Assembly (NCBI GenBank): GCA_051313645.2
Contig: JBNRSN020000008.1
Span: 167,400,001 to 167,464,000, forward strand
Length of the DNA stretch: 64,000 bases
Direction of reading: 5' to 3'
Source: Centroscyllium fabricii
Lineage: Eukaryota
Shown here: positions 21,295 through 34,773 of the stretch, one piece after another
How positions within the stretch are numbered: position 1 is the first letter of the stretch
Layout of the letters: the number at the start of each line of letters is the position of its first letter
Notes under the pieces: model-generated
Seen by the model: only the letters and a program-made list of their open reading frames with translations
Told to the model about the DNA's origin: nothing
The model's database searches: none
Translations under genes and position numbers: made by a program

Positions 21295-24200
21295 TACGGT
21301 AGCATAGTGTTATTGGACTAGTAATCCAGAGGCCTGGACTGATGACTCGGAGGCATGGGGGGATTTTAATCTCCCCATGAGGCGGGGTTTTGGGCGGGTC
21401 GGACAGGAAAAATAGCAGAACCAGCGGGTCATGGCCCCTCCCGCCGGATCCCTGCCGCTTTAGCATTTTCCCCCGCCCTGTCCCCCCGCCCCGAATCTTT
21501 CCCGCCGGTAGGGATGGTTTGTCAGCTCATTGAGGGCCCTTAATTGGCATCTGTAATGCCATTTTAAGGGCCCGTAGCCATTTTCACCCCCTTCCCACCC
21601 ATACCCCGCCATCCTAAAACCCCGCTAGTGAAAGCCCAGCGGGATCAGTGGTGCTGCTAACTTTCTCCTTCAAGGTGTTGAAGGACCTGGAACAAAATGC
21701 TTCGCAGGCCTTCACCACCCTGGAGGAGTAAGTCACTCCCTTGTCTCAGCACCAGCTGTGGGCAAAAACTTACCTTTCCTGCTCGACTGACAGACGCTGG
21801 CTACCTGTCAAAGGTTTGAAGCCCGTCCGCCCACCTGTCACTCAACAGCACTTGGAATATCCCATTGGTTCCACTCCACTGTGAGGTCACAATGGAGTGT
21901 TTCCATGGGAACTGTAAACAAACCGTTCCCACATCTCCCTCACAGCCTGCTGCAATGCCATTTCAGTGCCGTAATTGGCCGCTGGACTGCTGCAATTAGC
22001 ACAGGCACCCCGCACACGGGGATTTAATTGAGTCATTAGCCTAAAATAGTGTGGGCTTCCCAGGCCCTTGGCCGGGTGGGTCAGGAACCCGCCCTGACCA
22101 ATCCCCGCCAGGTTCCCGCACCTCCAGCAAAATTTCGCCCCTGCCCCCCAGCCATAAGTTCAAATCCCACCACGGCAGCTGGGGAATTTAAATTCAGTTG
22201 ATTATTTTTTTTTAAGAATCTGGAATAAAAAGCATGCATCAGTAATGGTGACAATGAAACAACTTGTCGTAAAAACCCGTGGTTCACTGATGTCCTTTAG
22301 TGAAGGAAATCTGCCGTCCTTACCTGTGTGACTCCAGACCCACAGCAATGTGGGTGACTCAACTGTCCACTGAAATGGCCCCAGCAAGCCACTCAGCTTT
22401 CCGAACCGCTACAAAGAAGCACACCAAGAATAAACCCGCACAGACCACCCAGCATCAACCTAGGCACCAAACACGACAAAGGCACATCCAGCCCAGTCGA
22501 CCCTGCAAAGTCCTCCTCACTAACATCTGGGGACTTGTGCCAAGATCGGGGGAGCTGTCCCACAGACTAGTCAAGCAACAACCTGACAGGTATTTATCGG
22601 TGAGTATGACTTTCAGCCAACATCCCAGATTCCTCCATTGCCATCCCCGGGTATGTCCTGTCCCACTGGCAGGGCAGACCCACCAGAGGTGGCAGCATAG
22701 TGGTATACAGTCAAGAGAGAGTGGCCCTAGGAGTCCTCAACATTGAGTCCGGATTCAATGAAGTCTCATGCCATCAGGTCAAACATGGGCAAGGAAACCT
22801 CCTGCTGACCACCACCTACCTCCCTCCCTCAGCTGATAAATCAGTACTCCTCCATGTTGAACACCACTTGGAAGAAGCACTGAGGGTAGCAAGGGCACAC
22901 AATGAACTCTGGGTGGGGAACTTCAATGTCCATCACCAAGAGTGGCTCGGTAGCACCACTACTGACCTAGCTGGCCGAGTCCTGAAGGACATAGTTGCCA
23001 GACTGGGCCTATGACAGGTGGAGAGAGAACCAACACAAGGGAAAAACCTATTTGACCTTGTTTTCAGCAATCCACCTGTCGCAGATGCATCTGTCCATGA
23101 CAGTATTGTTAGGACTGACCATCACACAGTCCTTGTGGAGCCCAAGTTATGTCTTCACACTATATCGTGTTGTGTGGCACTACGACTGTGCTAAATGGGA
23201 TAGAATCAGACCAGATCTAGCAGCTCAAAACTGGGCATCCATGAGGCGCTGTGGTGCATCAGGAGCAGCAAAATTGTATTCCACCACAATCTGTAACCTC
23301 ATAGCCCGGCATATCCCATTACCATCAAGCCAGCGGACCAACCCTGGTTCAATCAGGAATGTAGAAGAGCATGCCAGGAGCAGCACCAGGCGTACACAAA
23401 ATGAAGTGCCAACCTGGGGAAGCTGCAACACAGTACTACAAACATGCTAAACAGCATACTACTGTCAGAGCTAAACAATCCCACAACCAACGGATCAGAT
23501 CGAAGCTCTGTAGTCCTGCCACATCAAGTCGTGAACAGTGGTAAACAATTAAACAACTAACGGGAGGAGGAGGCTCCATGAACATGGCCATCCTCAATGA
23601 CAGCAGAACCCAGCATGTAAGTGCAAAAGACAAGGCTGAAGCATTCGCAACCATCTTCAGCCAGAACTGCGATCTCAACCTCTTCCAGAGGTTGCCACCG
23701 TCACAGAAGCCAGTCTTCAGCCAATTCTATTCACTCAACGCGATATGAAGAAATGGCCGAGTACACTGGATACAGCAAAGGCTATGGACCCCGACAACAT
23801 CCTGGTTATCGCGCTGAAGGCTTGTGCTCCAGAACTAGCCGCGCCTCCAGCCAAGCTGTTCCAGTACAGCTACAACATTGGCATCGACCCAATAAAGTGG
23901 AAAATTGCCCAGGTATGTACTTGTCTACAAAAAGCAGGACAAATCCAATCCAACGAATTACCGCCCCATCAGTCTACTCTCAAACATCCGCAAAGTGATG
24001 GAAGGGGTCAGACAGTGCTATCAAGGGGGGGGGGGAAACTTATTCACCAATAACCTGCTTAGTTTGGGTTCTGCCACAACCACTCGGTTCCAGACCTCAT
24101 TACAGCCTTGGTTCAAACATGTACAAAAGAGCTGAATTCTAGAGGTGAGGTGAGAGTGACTGCCCTTGACATCAAGGCAGCATTTGACCAAGAGCAGCAC

Positions 24201-25310
24201 CAAGGAGCCCTAATAAAACTTGTCAATGGGAATCGGGGGGAAAACTCTCCACTGGCTAGAGTCATACTTAACTCAAAGGAAGATGGTTGTGGTTGTTGGA
24301 AGCCAATCTTATCAGCCCCAGGACATCGCTACAGGAGTTCCTCAGGGCAGTGTCCTAGGCGCTACCATCTTCAGCTGCTTCAATGACCTTCCCTCCACCA
24401 TAAGATCAGAAGTGGGGATGCACAGTGTTCAGTTCCATTCGAAACTCCTCAGATAATGAAGCAGTCCGTGCCTGCATGCAGCAAGACCTGGGCGACAATC
24501 AGGCTTAAGCGGATAAGTGGCAAGTATATTCGTGCTACACAAGTGCCAGGCAATGACTATCTCCCACAAGAGAGAGTCTAACCAACGCCCCTTGGCATTC
24601 AACAACATTACCATTGTAAAATCCCCCACCATCAACATCGTGGGGATCACCATTGACCAGAAACTTAGCTGGACCCACCACATAAATACTGTGGCTACAA
24701 GAGCAGATCAGAGGCTGGGTATTCTGTAACAAGTGACTCACCTCCTGGCCTCCCAAAGCCTTTCCGCCATCTACATGGCACAAGTCAGGAATGTTATGGA
24801 ATACTCTCCACTTGCCTGGATGAGCGCAGTTCCAACAAAGCTCAAAAAGCTCGACACCATCCAGGCCAAAGCAGCCCACTTGATTGGCACCCCATCTACC
24901 ATGTTAAACATTCAGTCCCTCCACCACCGGCATACTGTGGCTGCAGTGTGTACCATCTACAAGATGCAGTGCAGCAACTCAACATGGCTTCTTCGACAGC
25001 ACCTCCCAAACCCGTGACCTATACCACCTAGGTGGTCAAGAGCAGCAGGCACATGGGAACACCATCACCTGCAAGTTCCCCTCCAAGTCGTACACCATCC
25101 TGACTTAGAAATATATTGCCGTTCCTTCATCATCGTTGGGTCAAAATTGTGGATTTCCCTCCCTTACTGCACTGTGGAACAATCATCACCATACGGACTG
25201 CAGCGGTTCAAGAAGGCGGCTCACCACCACCTTCTAAGGGCAATTAGGGATGGGCAATAAATGCTGGCCTTGCCAGCAAGGCCCACATCACACGAACGAA
25301 GAAAAAAAAT
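21295..25310 (+). mobile_element. Near full-length non-LTR retrotransposon (APE+RT, CR1 group, Zenon-like), decayed, with tRNA-like 5' head
   Basis: [67 protein letters not shown]; 3' AATAAA and A-tail; frameshifts and stops. Confidence 0.85.
21357..22152. mobile_element. GC-rich non-autonomous DNA element (possibly PIF/Harbinger type) inserted in the LINE head
   Basis: Ends GGGGGGATTTT.../...AAAATTTCGCCC; flanked by 3-bp direct repeat CAT; the host sequence rejoins across it. Confidence 0.55.
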
Positions 25311-28300
25311 CCCAAAGTAGTCACCTCCAAATAGCCCTATGCACTTCATTAAGGGGTCATCTTAGATTATGAGCTAAACCCCTAAAACACTCAACCTTAT
25401 GATCCGCAGGTGAAAGTGCTACCAACTGAGAAAATCTGACAAAGTTGTAACAAAGTGAGACATTACTACCATATTACCACTAATCCATCAGCAACTAGAC
25501 ATGGTAACAGTTTGTGAGGGTTCACTATGAACTAGCCATTCGATTATATTCATTCAACACATGCACATTACAGCAATCAGTTATTCAATGACTATATTTT
25601 AATAGTTTAGATATTATAGTTTTGATGAACATTGACATTTGATCACCATCAGCAGTGCCCTGCTGCTGAATGATCAAATGGTTAAAAAGAATCTGACTTG
25701 AACATTTTATATTTTTGTTTCAACAGTGTCTATTGATGACACCAGGGCTTTTGGCCAGGTGCTCTTCCTGACAGCGGAGTGTGAGGGGTAAATTATCAAT
25801 ATATCAACCAGCATGCCAGTTCTTCTTCACACAGCAGGGCTAACAATTCATCATCAGCATCAGGGCTTGCTACTGAAACAAAAAATACTAAGAAAACAAA
25901 TACGTAGGCTGGTGATAATTCTGTCATTTAATTATGTACCAAACCTTGTGACTTTTAATATTAGGAAGCATAACAGAATGCTGCGAGAGCTGACTATGAT
26001 GAGGGCAAATGTCTCAATTTTGGTGGTTACTGGGCGTACAGCAGACTGGGAAAATGTGACTGCCGTACTAACAGGAAAGTCACACATTTCCCATAACTTA
26101 ACAGATGCTGCTTCAAGCAATGCTCAACTCTGCATAGAAAGAACATTCCAACTTGCATTTTATATATGTAATATCACATTAAAATTTATGGTTTACGAAT
26201 ACTGTATTATTGGAAATAATGAGCATCTTAAAAAGCTGTAAATCAATAATCCTGTTGAAATAGTGCTCTATAACCGGTTTATAAATGTTTGATATCCTGG
26301 AACATGCATTATAGATTTCATTTTTAAATCTCAGTGCTCCACAACATTCATAAACTGCACTGACTTTGCGGTCATGATTTTATCTCAACAGGATTGAGTT
26401 TATAGTCTCGTCACACATTCAAGCCTACCTGTTAAGTCTATCTGGTGAATGGAATTTTCCTATAATCTGCAGATTCTCAATGTAGTAATGGCAACCTCCA
26501 AATGGGATACAATGCCCTTTTATGAACACTATTTGTCAATTCATTCTAAAACCGACAACTCAAAATTGCACTCAATAGAAGGAAGATAAGTTAAAAGTTG
26601 TTAGCTAATCTTAGGGTTGTTCAGGATATAATTTGAACCCAGAGACCAGATTGCCTTTCAGATCACAGACATGCAATATATATTTAATATAAAAACCAGT
26701 GTGAAAATGTTGTTACAATAGATCATTTATGATTCATACCTTCATCATAAACCAGTCAGGTTATTTGAGAATAAAACAAAATAATTAAATCTACTGCAGT
26801 CATTTAAAAAGCATACACATATATCCATCCATTCATCGTTGATGGCAGAAAATCTAACTATTATAATCTATCCAATCTACAACATATTAAATGTACTTAG
26901 TCCATAAATTTAAACTATGTCATTTTACAACATTTGGTAGGATCCAGTGAGAGAAATAGATTGGTGAGGTTTGCCTATTTAGCCTTTAAAATGGCAACAC
27001 TAACCAGTAGCAATTTTAAAATACCGGTAACAGTTCTGCATCTACAGCTTTATCAAATCATTAATTAAACAACTGTCAAAATCAATGATTTGCAGCAATA
27101 CTACTAACTTTTATAGTTAGGATATCAATTTTGTTGAGTGCATTTGTATTTTTCGGTTTCTGTTGCTTTGATATATATCGATCAGGGGAAGCAACGACGA
27201 GAGAATGTGGCTTTGAAAAGCTACTAAGCTGGGAACTGAATTAACACAGTAGTTACTAACTGAGCATTAGCAACCTTGTCATTTCAAGTGTGCATTAATT
27301 TAGCTCCCGAAACCTGCTGGGTTCACTAACTCCAAGCAAGGCTTTTCCTGCAAGGACATTAAAAATAAAAAGGCATTAAAAGTTATTCTGAATCCATCAA
27401 ACATTTGGCTTTTGAAATGAGTCCGTGATGGTGCATATTCCACTTCTGTGGGGCCTCTTTTTGTACTCATCAAGATGAGGGAGGTCAGTGCTGGAGAATG
27501 GAACATTTCTTACTTCTGACAGTGTTCAGCATGGTGCATTCCCATGTGCAGCATAGGCAGATACAGAGCTCTCTCGACTACTCTGCTTGAATGGAATTGA
27601 AATTGCTTTTTACTAAATCAAATAAAAGGAGACACACATTGGTAAACAATGATTATCCTGAATAGCAGTGATAAGAAATAGGGTGGGGAAAATACCATCC
27701 GTTTACATCTCGTATTCTTTAAGAAATCATAAAATTACCAAAAGCAAATGATTCTCACAAATAAGAGACCCTATTGCAGCAAAACAATGAACAAAGGGGT
27801 CCCAGAGTGTTTTGCTGCTGCCATTATGCACGTGACATACCACGTGACAGGCCAACCTGAAGCTGAAAGGTTTGCTGCAGCTGCTCTTGCAAATACAAAA
27901 GAAGCCCAGTAGTGCCCGAGTATAGGACAACATGCAAAAGGGCAACCTTTGAATTTACAGCACAGCAAAAAATTAAGGTTACCTTTCTATTTTGAAGGAA
28001 TAAAAATGGAATGACTATGATGGTGCAAAAGAACGTAGAACCAATTGGGAATTGATCAAAAAACATCTAAACCTTCAGTTCTGGAGTGGGCAGGAAAGGT
28101 TGCATAGAAACACAAACAAAAATGTCAGACCACAGCAGGTTTTCCCTATCCAAGCTAAAAATATTCCTTTTACTCTTACAGCAACTGATTTAATTCAGAC
28201 ATTGCCTCATGTCTGATATTTGGTCTACATCTCCTAATGAAAATATTCACTAAGCATTTTGAGCAGGGGATGGGGAAGAATTTAAAACACAATTCTTGTT

Positions 28301-29974
28301 GTAAAAGGTGACTTTATGCAGAAAGGATCTCACTGGTGTCCTGGAGAATCCCTATCCATTTACTGGCTGTGAAGAGAAATCAAAAATGTATTTATAAATG
28401 TCAGCAACAACTTTGAAGAGGCCCAAGGCAAACGATCCCACAGCTCTCATCGGTTGAAACTGCTACGGTGTGAAAACAAGCGATTGAGGGGAGAGAGAAT
28501 TTATACAAGCCTCAGTTCAGTGGCCCAAAATTATGGAAATGTTATACCTCCATTCATTCTTTTAATATTCCCAAATTTATCGCCTCAACTTGGTGTGGGT
28601 CAACTTTGTATATTATTTAGAATACTGCAATGATAGTTATGCATCGACTACAGACAAGTGTGTGGTCCCACGTTGATCATTCACGCACAAATATATTCAA
28701 AGCCAAAAGGTCGGAAATCAGCATTTTGGAGCAATGTAACTGCACAGGCAATGGGTAGGAGACAGCAGAGGTCCTAGAGCATACAGGCACACAAGAGTGT
28801 GCAGTGTACAAGGGTTTATTTTTTCCAGGTATTTGGAGATGTATCATGAATTCACACAATGGGAATACTCGTGTTCCCAAGGTTTTGCATCTGTGATAAA
28901 AATGTAGTATTCAGTGATTATGGCCATTAACACTGGATAGCAAATGTACTGTATACCTTAAAATGACTGACAGACCTTCAGAATATGCAGAAAACAATGT
29001 GAATACCAACTGCCTATTTTGTCGAGAAACTTTCAGGCAAACACTTTTCAAATTAATATTCCTTCAGTGGCCTTATAGATAATTTTTAAGCTGGGTCAGC
29101 AAGGCTGTGTGAGCCACAACTTTTGATGATCACTTATCAGGAGTGCTCTCCAATTGGCCACCAGATAACACAATGCAAGCGGGTGAAGGCCGGATGGGTA
29201 GGTTTTAAATTCTATGAAATAGTCCAGTGAGGCAGTTGGACTTAAGAAACAGGCAGCCATGAGACTACAACTCAATTTCCCAGTCGATAGCACAAGTGGT
29301 GGAGCACGTGCCTGCTGTTTACAAATGAAGAATGGAATGGACTGAGATAAGACAACCTAAGGTAATGAGCAGATTTTGGATCAATTTGGTTCCCATTCAT
29401 GCAGACAAGGCCAGATCAAAACAGGGACCCATACACAAATGTAATTCAATTATTGGCCTTCAGTTACATTAATACAATGTGTACAAGGTAATTTTATTCT
29501 CCTTTCCACTATTAAAAAGGGCACATCAGTGTGAACTATGGAGGTCAGTAGAAATTGCTAATGAACAGTACATGCACATCAAATAACAGGGAAGCATGAG
29601 CATCCAATAACAGGCAAAAAGTTTATAAAAATTGATTTACATGTTGTGGAGGTATAAAAATGCATGTTTCAATGGATATCCCGAGAAACCATTTGGGGAT
29701 GAGGTACTTTGCCTTTATTTGTAAAGCTCTAATTTATATATTTTTTAAACCGTCATAAGCTATACAGCAGCACAGTGTTTAAACACTTTATTCTTTGGGC
29801 ACAATTACACTGAAAAATATTTACATACAAGTTGATCGAATTCACAAAACAAAAAATTTAAATATTAGTTTACTATTTGTTGCCATGGTGGATTTTATAC
29901 CAACTGTCAACAAGTTTTTCCTGGGCTAATACAACTAGAACTTACTTTGTAAATTGGGCCAGCACAAATCATGG

Positions 29975-32612
29975 TCCAGAAGTTGCTAAACATTCATAGA
30001 TCACTGGTTAGGTCTCAGATGGAGTATGGTGTCCAATTCTGGGCACCACACTTTAGGGAGGATGACAAAAGGCTTGGAGAAGGTGCAGAGAAGATTTACC
30101 AGGACTTCAGTTATGTGGAAAGCCTGTGACAAGAGCCTTGGAGAAGGTGCAGAGGAGATTTACCAGGACTTCAGTTATGTGGAAAGCCTGGGGAAGCTGG
30201 GATTGTTCTCCTTAATGCAGAGGCGGTTAAGGGGTGATTTAATAAAAGGTGTTCAAAATTATGAAGGATTTTGCTAGAGTAGAGAGAAACAATATTTGGC
30301 TTATAGTTGAGGAAAAGGACAAGGAAAGATCAACTGTGAAAATACTTAACTGGAGGAGGGTTAATTTCAGTCAGTTGAAAAGGGATCTGGCCTAGGTAGA
30401 TTAGAATCAAAGATTGGAAGGTAAAACAGTAAAATGAGACCTTCAAAGAGATAGTTTGGATACAGGCTTGACACATTCCCACAATGGGGAAAAGGGAAGA
30501 GCATCCAAAGCTGGTGCCCCCCAGGTGACTAAAGATAGAGATTAAAATGAAACAGAAAAAAGAGGCTTATGATAAATGTCAGTATCAGAATTCAGTAGAG
30601 AACAGAGAACCAAACTAAATACAGAAAGTACGGGGAGAACTGAAAAAGGAAATAAGAGGGGCAAAGAGAGCGTATGAGAATAGATTGGGTGGGTAACTTA
30701 AAAAGAAACCCAAGTCTTTTGTTAACATAAATAGTAAAAGGGTAGTCAGAGGAAGGGTGGCATCAAGTAGGGACCAAAAGGAGATCTTGTGGAGGCAGAG
30801 GGCATGCTGAAGTGCTAAATGAGTACTTTGCATCTGTCTTCACTAAAGAGGATTTGCCAATGTCACAGTAAGAGAAGTAGTAGAGAAACTGGATAGGATA
30901 AAAATAAAGAAGCTTGGCAGCACTCAAAGTAGAAAAGTCACCCGGTCCAGAGGGGATGCATCCTTGGTTGGAGGAAAGTAAGGGTACAAATTGTATTGGC
31001 TCCGGCCACAATCTTCCAATCCTCCTTCGATATGGGAGAGGTGCCAGATGGCTGGAGGTTTGCAAATGTTCACCTCTGTTCAAAAAAGAGGCAGGGGGGA
31101 GAGAAGAGGGATAAACCCAGCCATTACAAGTCAGTCAGCCCAACATCGGTGGTGGTGAAACTTTGAGACACATTAAACCGGGGCAAAATTAATTGGCACT
31201 TGAAAAATATGGGTTAATCAATGAAAGCGAGCACGGATTTGTTAACAGCAAATTGTATTTCACAAACTTGATTGATTTCTTTGATGAAGTAAGAGAGAGC
31301 CGATGAGGGTAATGTGGTTGATGTGTACATGGACTTTCAAAATGGCGTTTGATAAGGTACCACATAACATACATTAGTAAAAAAGTGAAGCCCATGAGAT
31401 TACAGGGGCAGTTGCCGCATGGATACAAAATTGGCGAAGGAACAGAAAGCAGAGAGTAAAGGTGAACAGTTGTTTTTTTAGACTGGAGGGAAATGTGCAG
31501 TGCTGTCCCCAAGGGGTCAGTGTTGGGACCACTGCTCTTTTTGATATACATTAATAACCTGGACTTGGGTATACAGGGCATAATTTCAAAGTTGGCAGAT
31601 GACACAAAACTTGGAAATGTAGTATACTGTGAGGAGGATAGTAACAGACTTCAGGAGGACATAGACTGGTGAAATGGGCAGATGAAATTTAAAGCAGAGA
31701 AGTGATTCATTTTGGTAGGATGAATGAGGAGAGCCAATATAAACGAAATGGTACAATTTTAAAGGGGGTGCAGGAACAGAGAAACAAGTCTTTGAAGGTG
31801 GCAAGACAAGGGAAAAAGTTGTTAAAAAGGCATATGGGATCCTTGGGTTTAGAAATACAGGCAAAGAGTACAAAACAAGTAAGTTATGTTAAACCTTTAT
31901 AAAACACTGGTCAGGCCCCAGGTGGAGTATTGAATCTAATTCTGGGCACCACACTTTAGGAAGGATGTCACGGCCTTAGAGAGTTAGCAGAGGAGATATA
32001 CTAGAATAGTACCAGGAATGAAAGACTTCAATTTCTTGGAGACACTGGAGAAACTAGGGTTGTTCTCCTTAGAGCAGAGGTCAAGGGAAGATTTGGTAGA
32101 GGTGTTCAAAATCAGGATGGGTTTTGATACGAGTAATTGGGAAACGATTTCCAGTGGCAGTGGCAGAAGGGTTAGCAACCAAATGATACAGATTTAAGCT
32201 AATTGGAACAAGAGCCAAGTGCACAAGGATTTTTTTTTCATGGGAGTTATGCACTGCCTGAAAGGATGGTGCAAGCAGATTCAATGAAACGGGTTTCCAC
32301 TGGCAGGAAGGGTCAGTAACCAGAGGGGACAGATTTCAGATAATTGGCAAAAAAAAATCAATTTGGGGCAGAGGGGAGAGGAAATGAGAATTTCTTTTTA
32401 ACCAGGGAGTTATGATGATCTGGAATGCAATGACTGAAAAGGTGGTGGAAGGCGACTCAATTGTAACATTCAAAAGTGGATATATACTTGAAAAAGGAAA
32501 AATGTGCATAGCTCTGGGGAAAGAGCAGGGGAACATTGGACAGCTCTTTCAAAGTGCCGGCACAGGCACCATGAACCAAACGGCCTCCTTCTGTGCTCTA
32601 TGATTCTATGAC
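29975..32612 (+). mobile_element. Degenerate CR1 ORF2 fragments (at least two juxtaposed pieces)
   Basis: KSPGPEGMHP, PKGSVLGP, KLADDTKL motifs; 64-bp tandem duplication at 30063-30190. Confidence 0.85.
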
Positions 32613-33066
32613 ATAGATTATTGAAGTTAAATTAAATGTTTTACACCAATTTTGCAAAAAGCTCCAACAGTGCAACACGTACTTTAATTTACCCCCAAAA
32701 TTATTTCTCTACAACTGGGCAGAAGCCTCTAAAGTGGATTCGTTTTATTTTTAAATCTCAAAATTGTTTGAAGGGAACATCCTTCTGCGCTTCCTCCCAC
32801 CTACCTCTCGCACTGGCCATTATCGTCAACATTCTGCCCAGTGGTGCTGAAGAAAGGCACCTTTAGCATCCACTCACGCTGAAAACCGCATTAACATATT
32901 AGAATGAGGCATTTCAGGTGCCCTGCACAATAGCTAAATATTACACGCTCTGAAACAAACACTGAAATTATCCACTAGCACAGAAAAACAATGCAGGCGC
33001 ACAGACTACCACATTGGGGGACTGCACACATGAAATATCAGGTCTTTGCAGCTCCAAGATTAGATT

Positions 33067-33456
33067 CATAGAAACATAGAAGACAGGAGCAGGAGTAGGC
33101 CATTCGGCCCTTCGTACCTGCTCCGCCATTCAATGAGATCATGGCTGATCATCCAAACCCAGCCCCTGCCTTGTCCCCATATCCCTCGATCCCTATCGAG
33201 CCTGCACCAACACATATCCCACCCCGTAACCCCACGTATTCAATCTCCCTAACACTAAGGGTCAATTTATCATGGCCAATCAACCTAACCCGCACATCTT
33301 TGGACTGTGGGAGGAAACCGGAGCACCCGGAGGAAACCCACGCAGACACGGGGAGAATGTGCAAACTCCACACAGATAGTACCCGAGGCTGGATTTGAAC
33401 CCGGGTCTCTAATGCTGTAAGGCAACAGTGCTAACCACTATGCCACCGTGCCGCCC
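33067..33456 (-). mobile_element. V-SINE (HE1-like), full length, tail type B
   Basis: Near-identical to 3748-4149. Confidence 0.88.
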
Positions 33457-33706
33457 AATTCAGAAATATCTACAATTTACTCATCCTAATTCCTCATTCC
33501 TGTAGTCAACTGATTGTCCAAGATACATGATTGTAAAATTGTAACTTCTGAACAAAAAAGGTCAAAATGCCATCTCATTTTAAACTTGAAACTAAAAAAC
33601 TGAATTTAACAATCACAAAGTGGGATACGAGGTCCCACTCAAAGTCAGAGGCAACAACTGCTTGATGGCAAAATTAATGTGGGCAGACTCTAAGTCCATA
33701 GCATTA

Positions 33707-33997
33707 CAGGTCCGACACCGTTAATCCGGCACGGTTGGGACCAGGCCGGTGCCAGATTAGTGAAAAATCCGAACGATTGAAGCTTCGGCGAGCGCATGTG
33801 TAGACCATTCAAAATGGTCGTCGCGAAGGCCGGCAGCCATTTTGAACAGTCTGCGCATGCGCTCACCGAAGCATCAATCGTTCGGGGAGGCCCGGGCATG
33901 CGTAGCCAAGCGCGGCGGGCATTTTGTGCATGCGCAGACCAGCCGGCCGGATTCGTTCCGGACAACCGAAGTTAGCGGATTACCGGTGCTCAACCTG
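33707..33997. mobile_element. Tc1/mariner-pogo-type MITE
   Basis: TA|CAGGT...ACCTG|TA; imperfect TIRs CAGGTCCGACACCGTTAATCCG / CGGATTACCGGTGCTCAACCTG. Confidence 0.8.
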
Positions 33998-34773
33998 TAC
34001 TTGTTAAATTTGACAATCTTGCTCACTAAGAGCACAGAAAGTACATGAAAATGATAATCCCACATTGTTGCAGGAATAGGACACTCTTTGTTGAGACTTC
34101 AGTCACATTGCCTGAGCAATATGGAAGCACACATGTTTTCCAGCACTGTCGATTCTCAGTCTTGATGGGTACATTTGCATGTACAACACAGTCCTCCCTT
34201 ATTTAAGGTAAGCCAAAGGCGAAATGCCATTTTACTGGCTTATCACTCACTGTGTGTAGAGATTAAAACGTCAACTATATTTTAAATGCAGTTATTCAAA
34301 AAAGTTACCTAGAAAGTGTTTTGCTTTACTGTAGATTCAGAAAATAAGCTACCAGCAATGTCATTGCACAAAGCTTTATTTACAATTAAACTTGCACATC
34401 AGCAACACAAATGAACACATCAGCAGGCCACAAATTAAAGTGATACAGAAACAGAAGCGGAGTACTTCCGGTTTGCAGCAGGTAGGTAGGCAAGCATTTA
34501 TATAACTGGCATTACAGTACTACTGCATTGTGAGTCAGTACTATACACTACACTTCACAGTGCTTTAATTTTGTTACTATTGTTACGAACTCATGCAAAG
34601 AATGTAACTTAAGGATCCGGTGCAGGTTCAACACAGGAAACACCAGTACTTGTCATTCCAACATGAACACGTCACAACTCATTTCTCTAGACAAACGAGT
34701 CTCAATCCCATTCATTCTTCAGATCTGATTATGCTCTTTCGTAAAGTCACTGTTAATTCTCTTCACCTTGTTC

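Noticed and set aside
25640-25860. C/D box snoRNA (ATGATGA on the minus strand near 25850)
   Set aside because: The nearest downstream CTGA is ~200 nt away and there is no terminal stem
30063-30190. 64-bp direct repeat as a regulatory element
   Set aside because: Local tandem duplication inside a dead CR1 fragment
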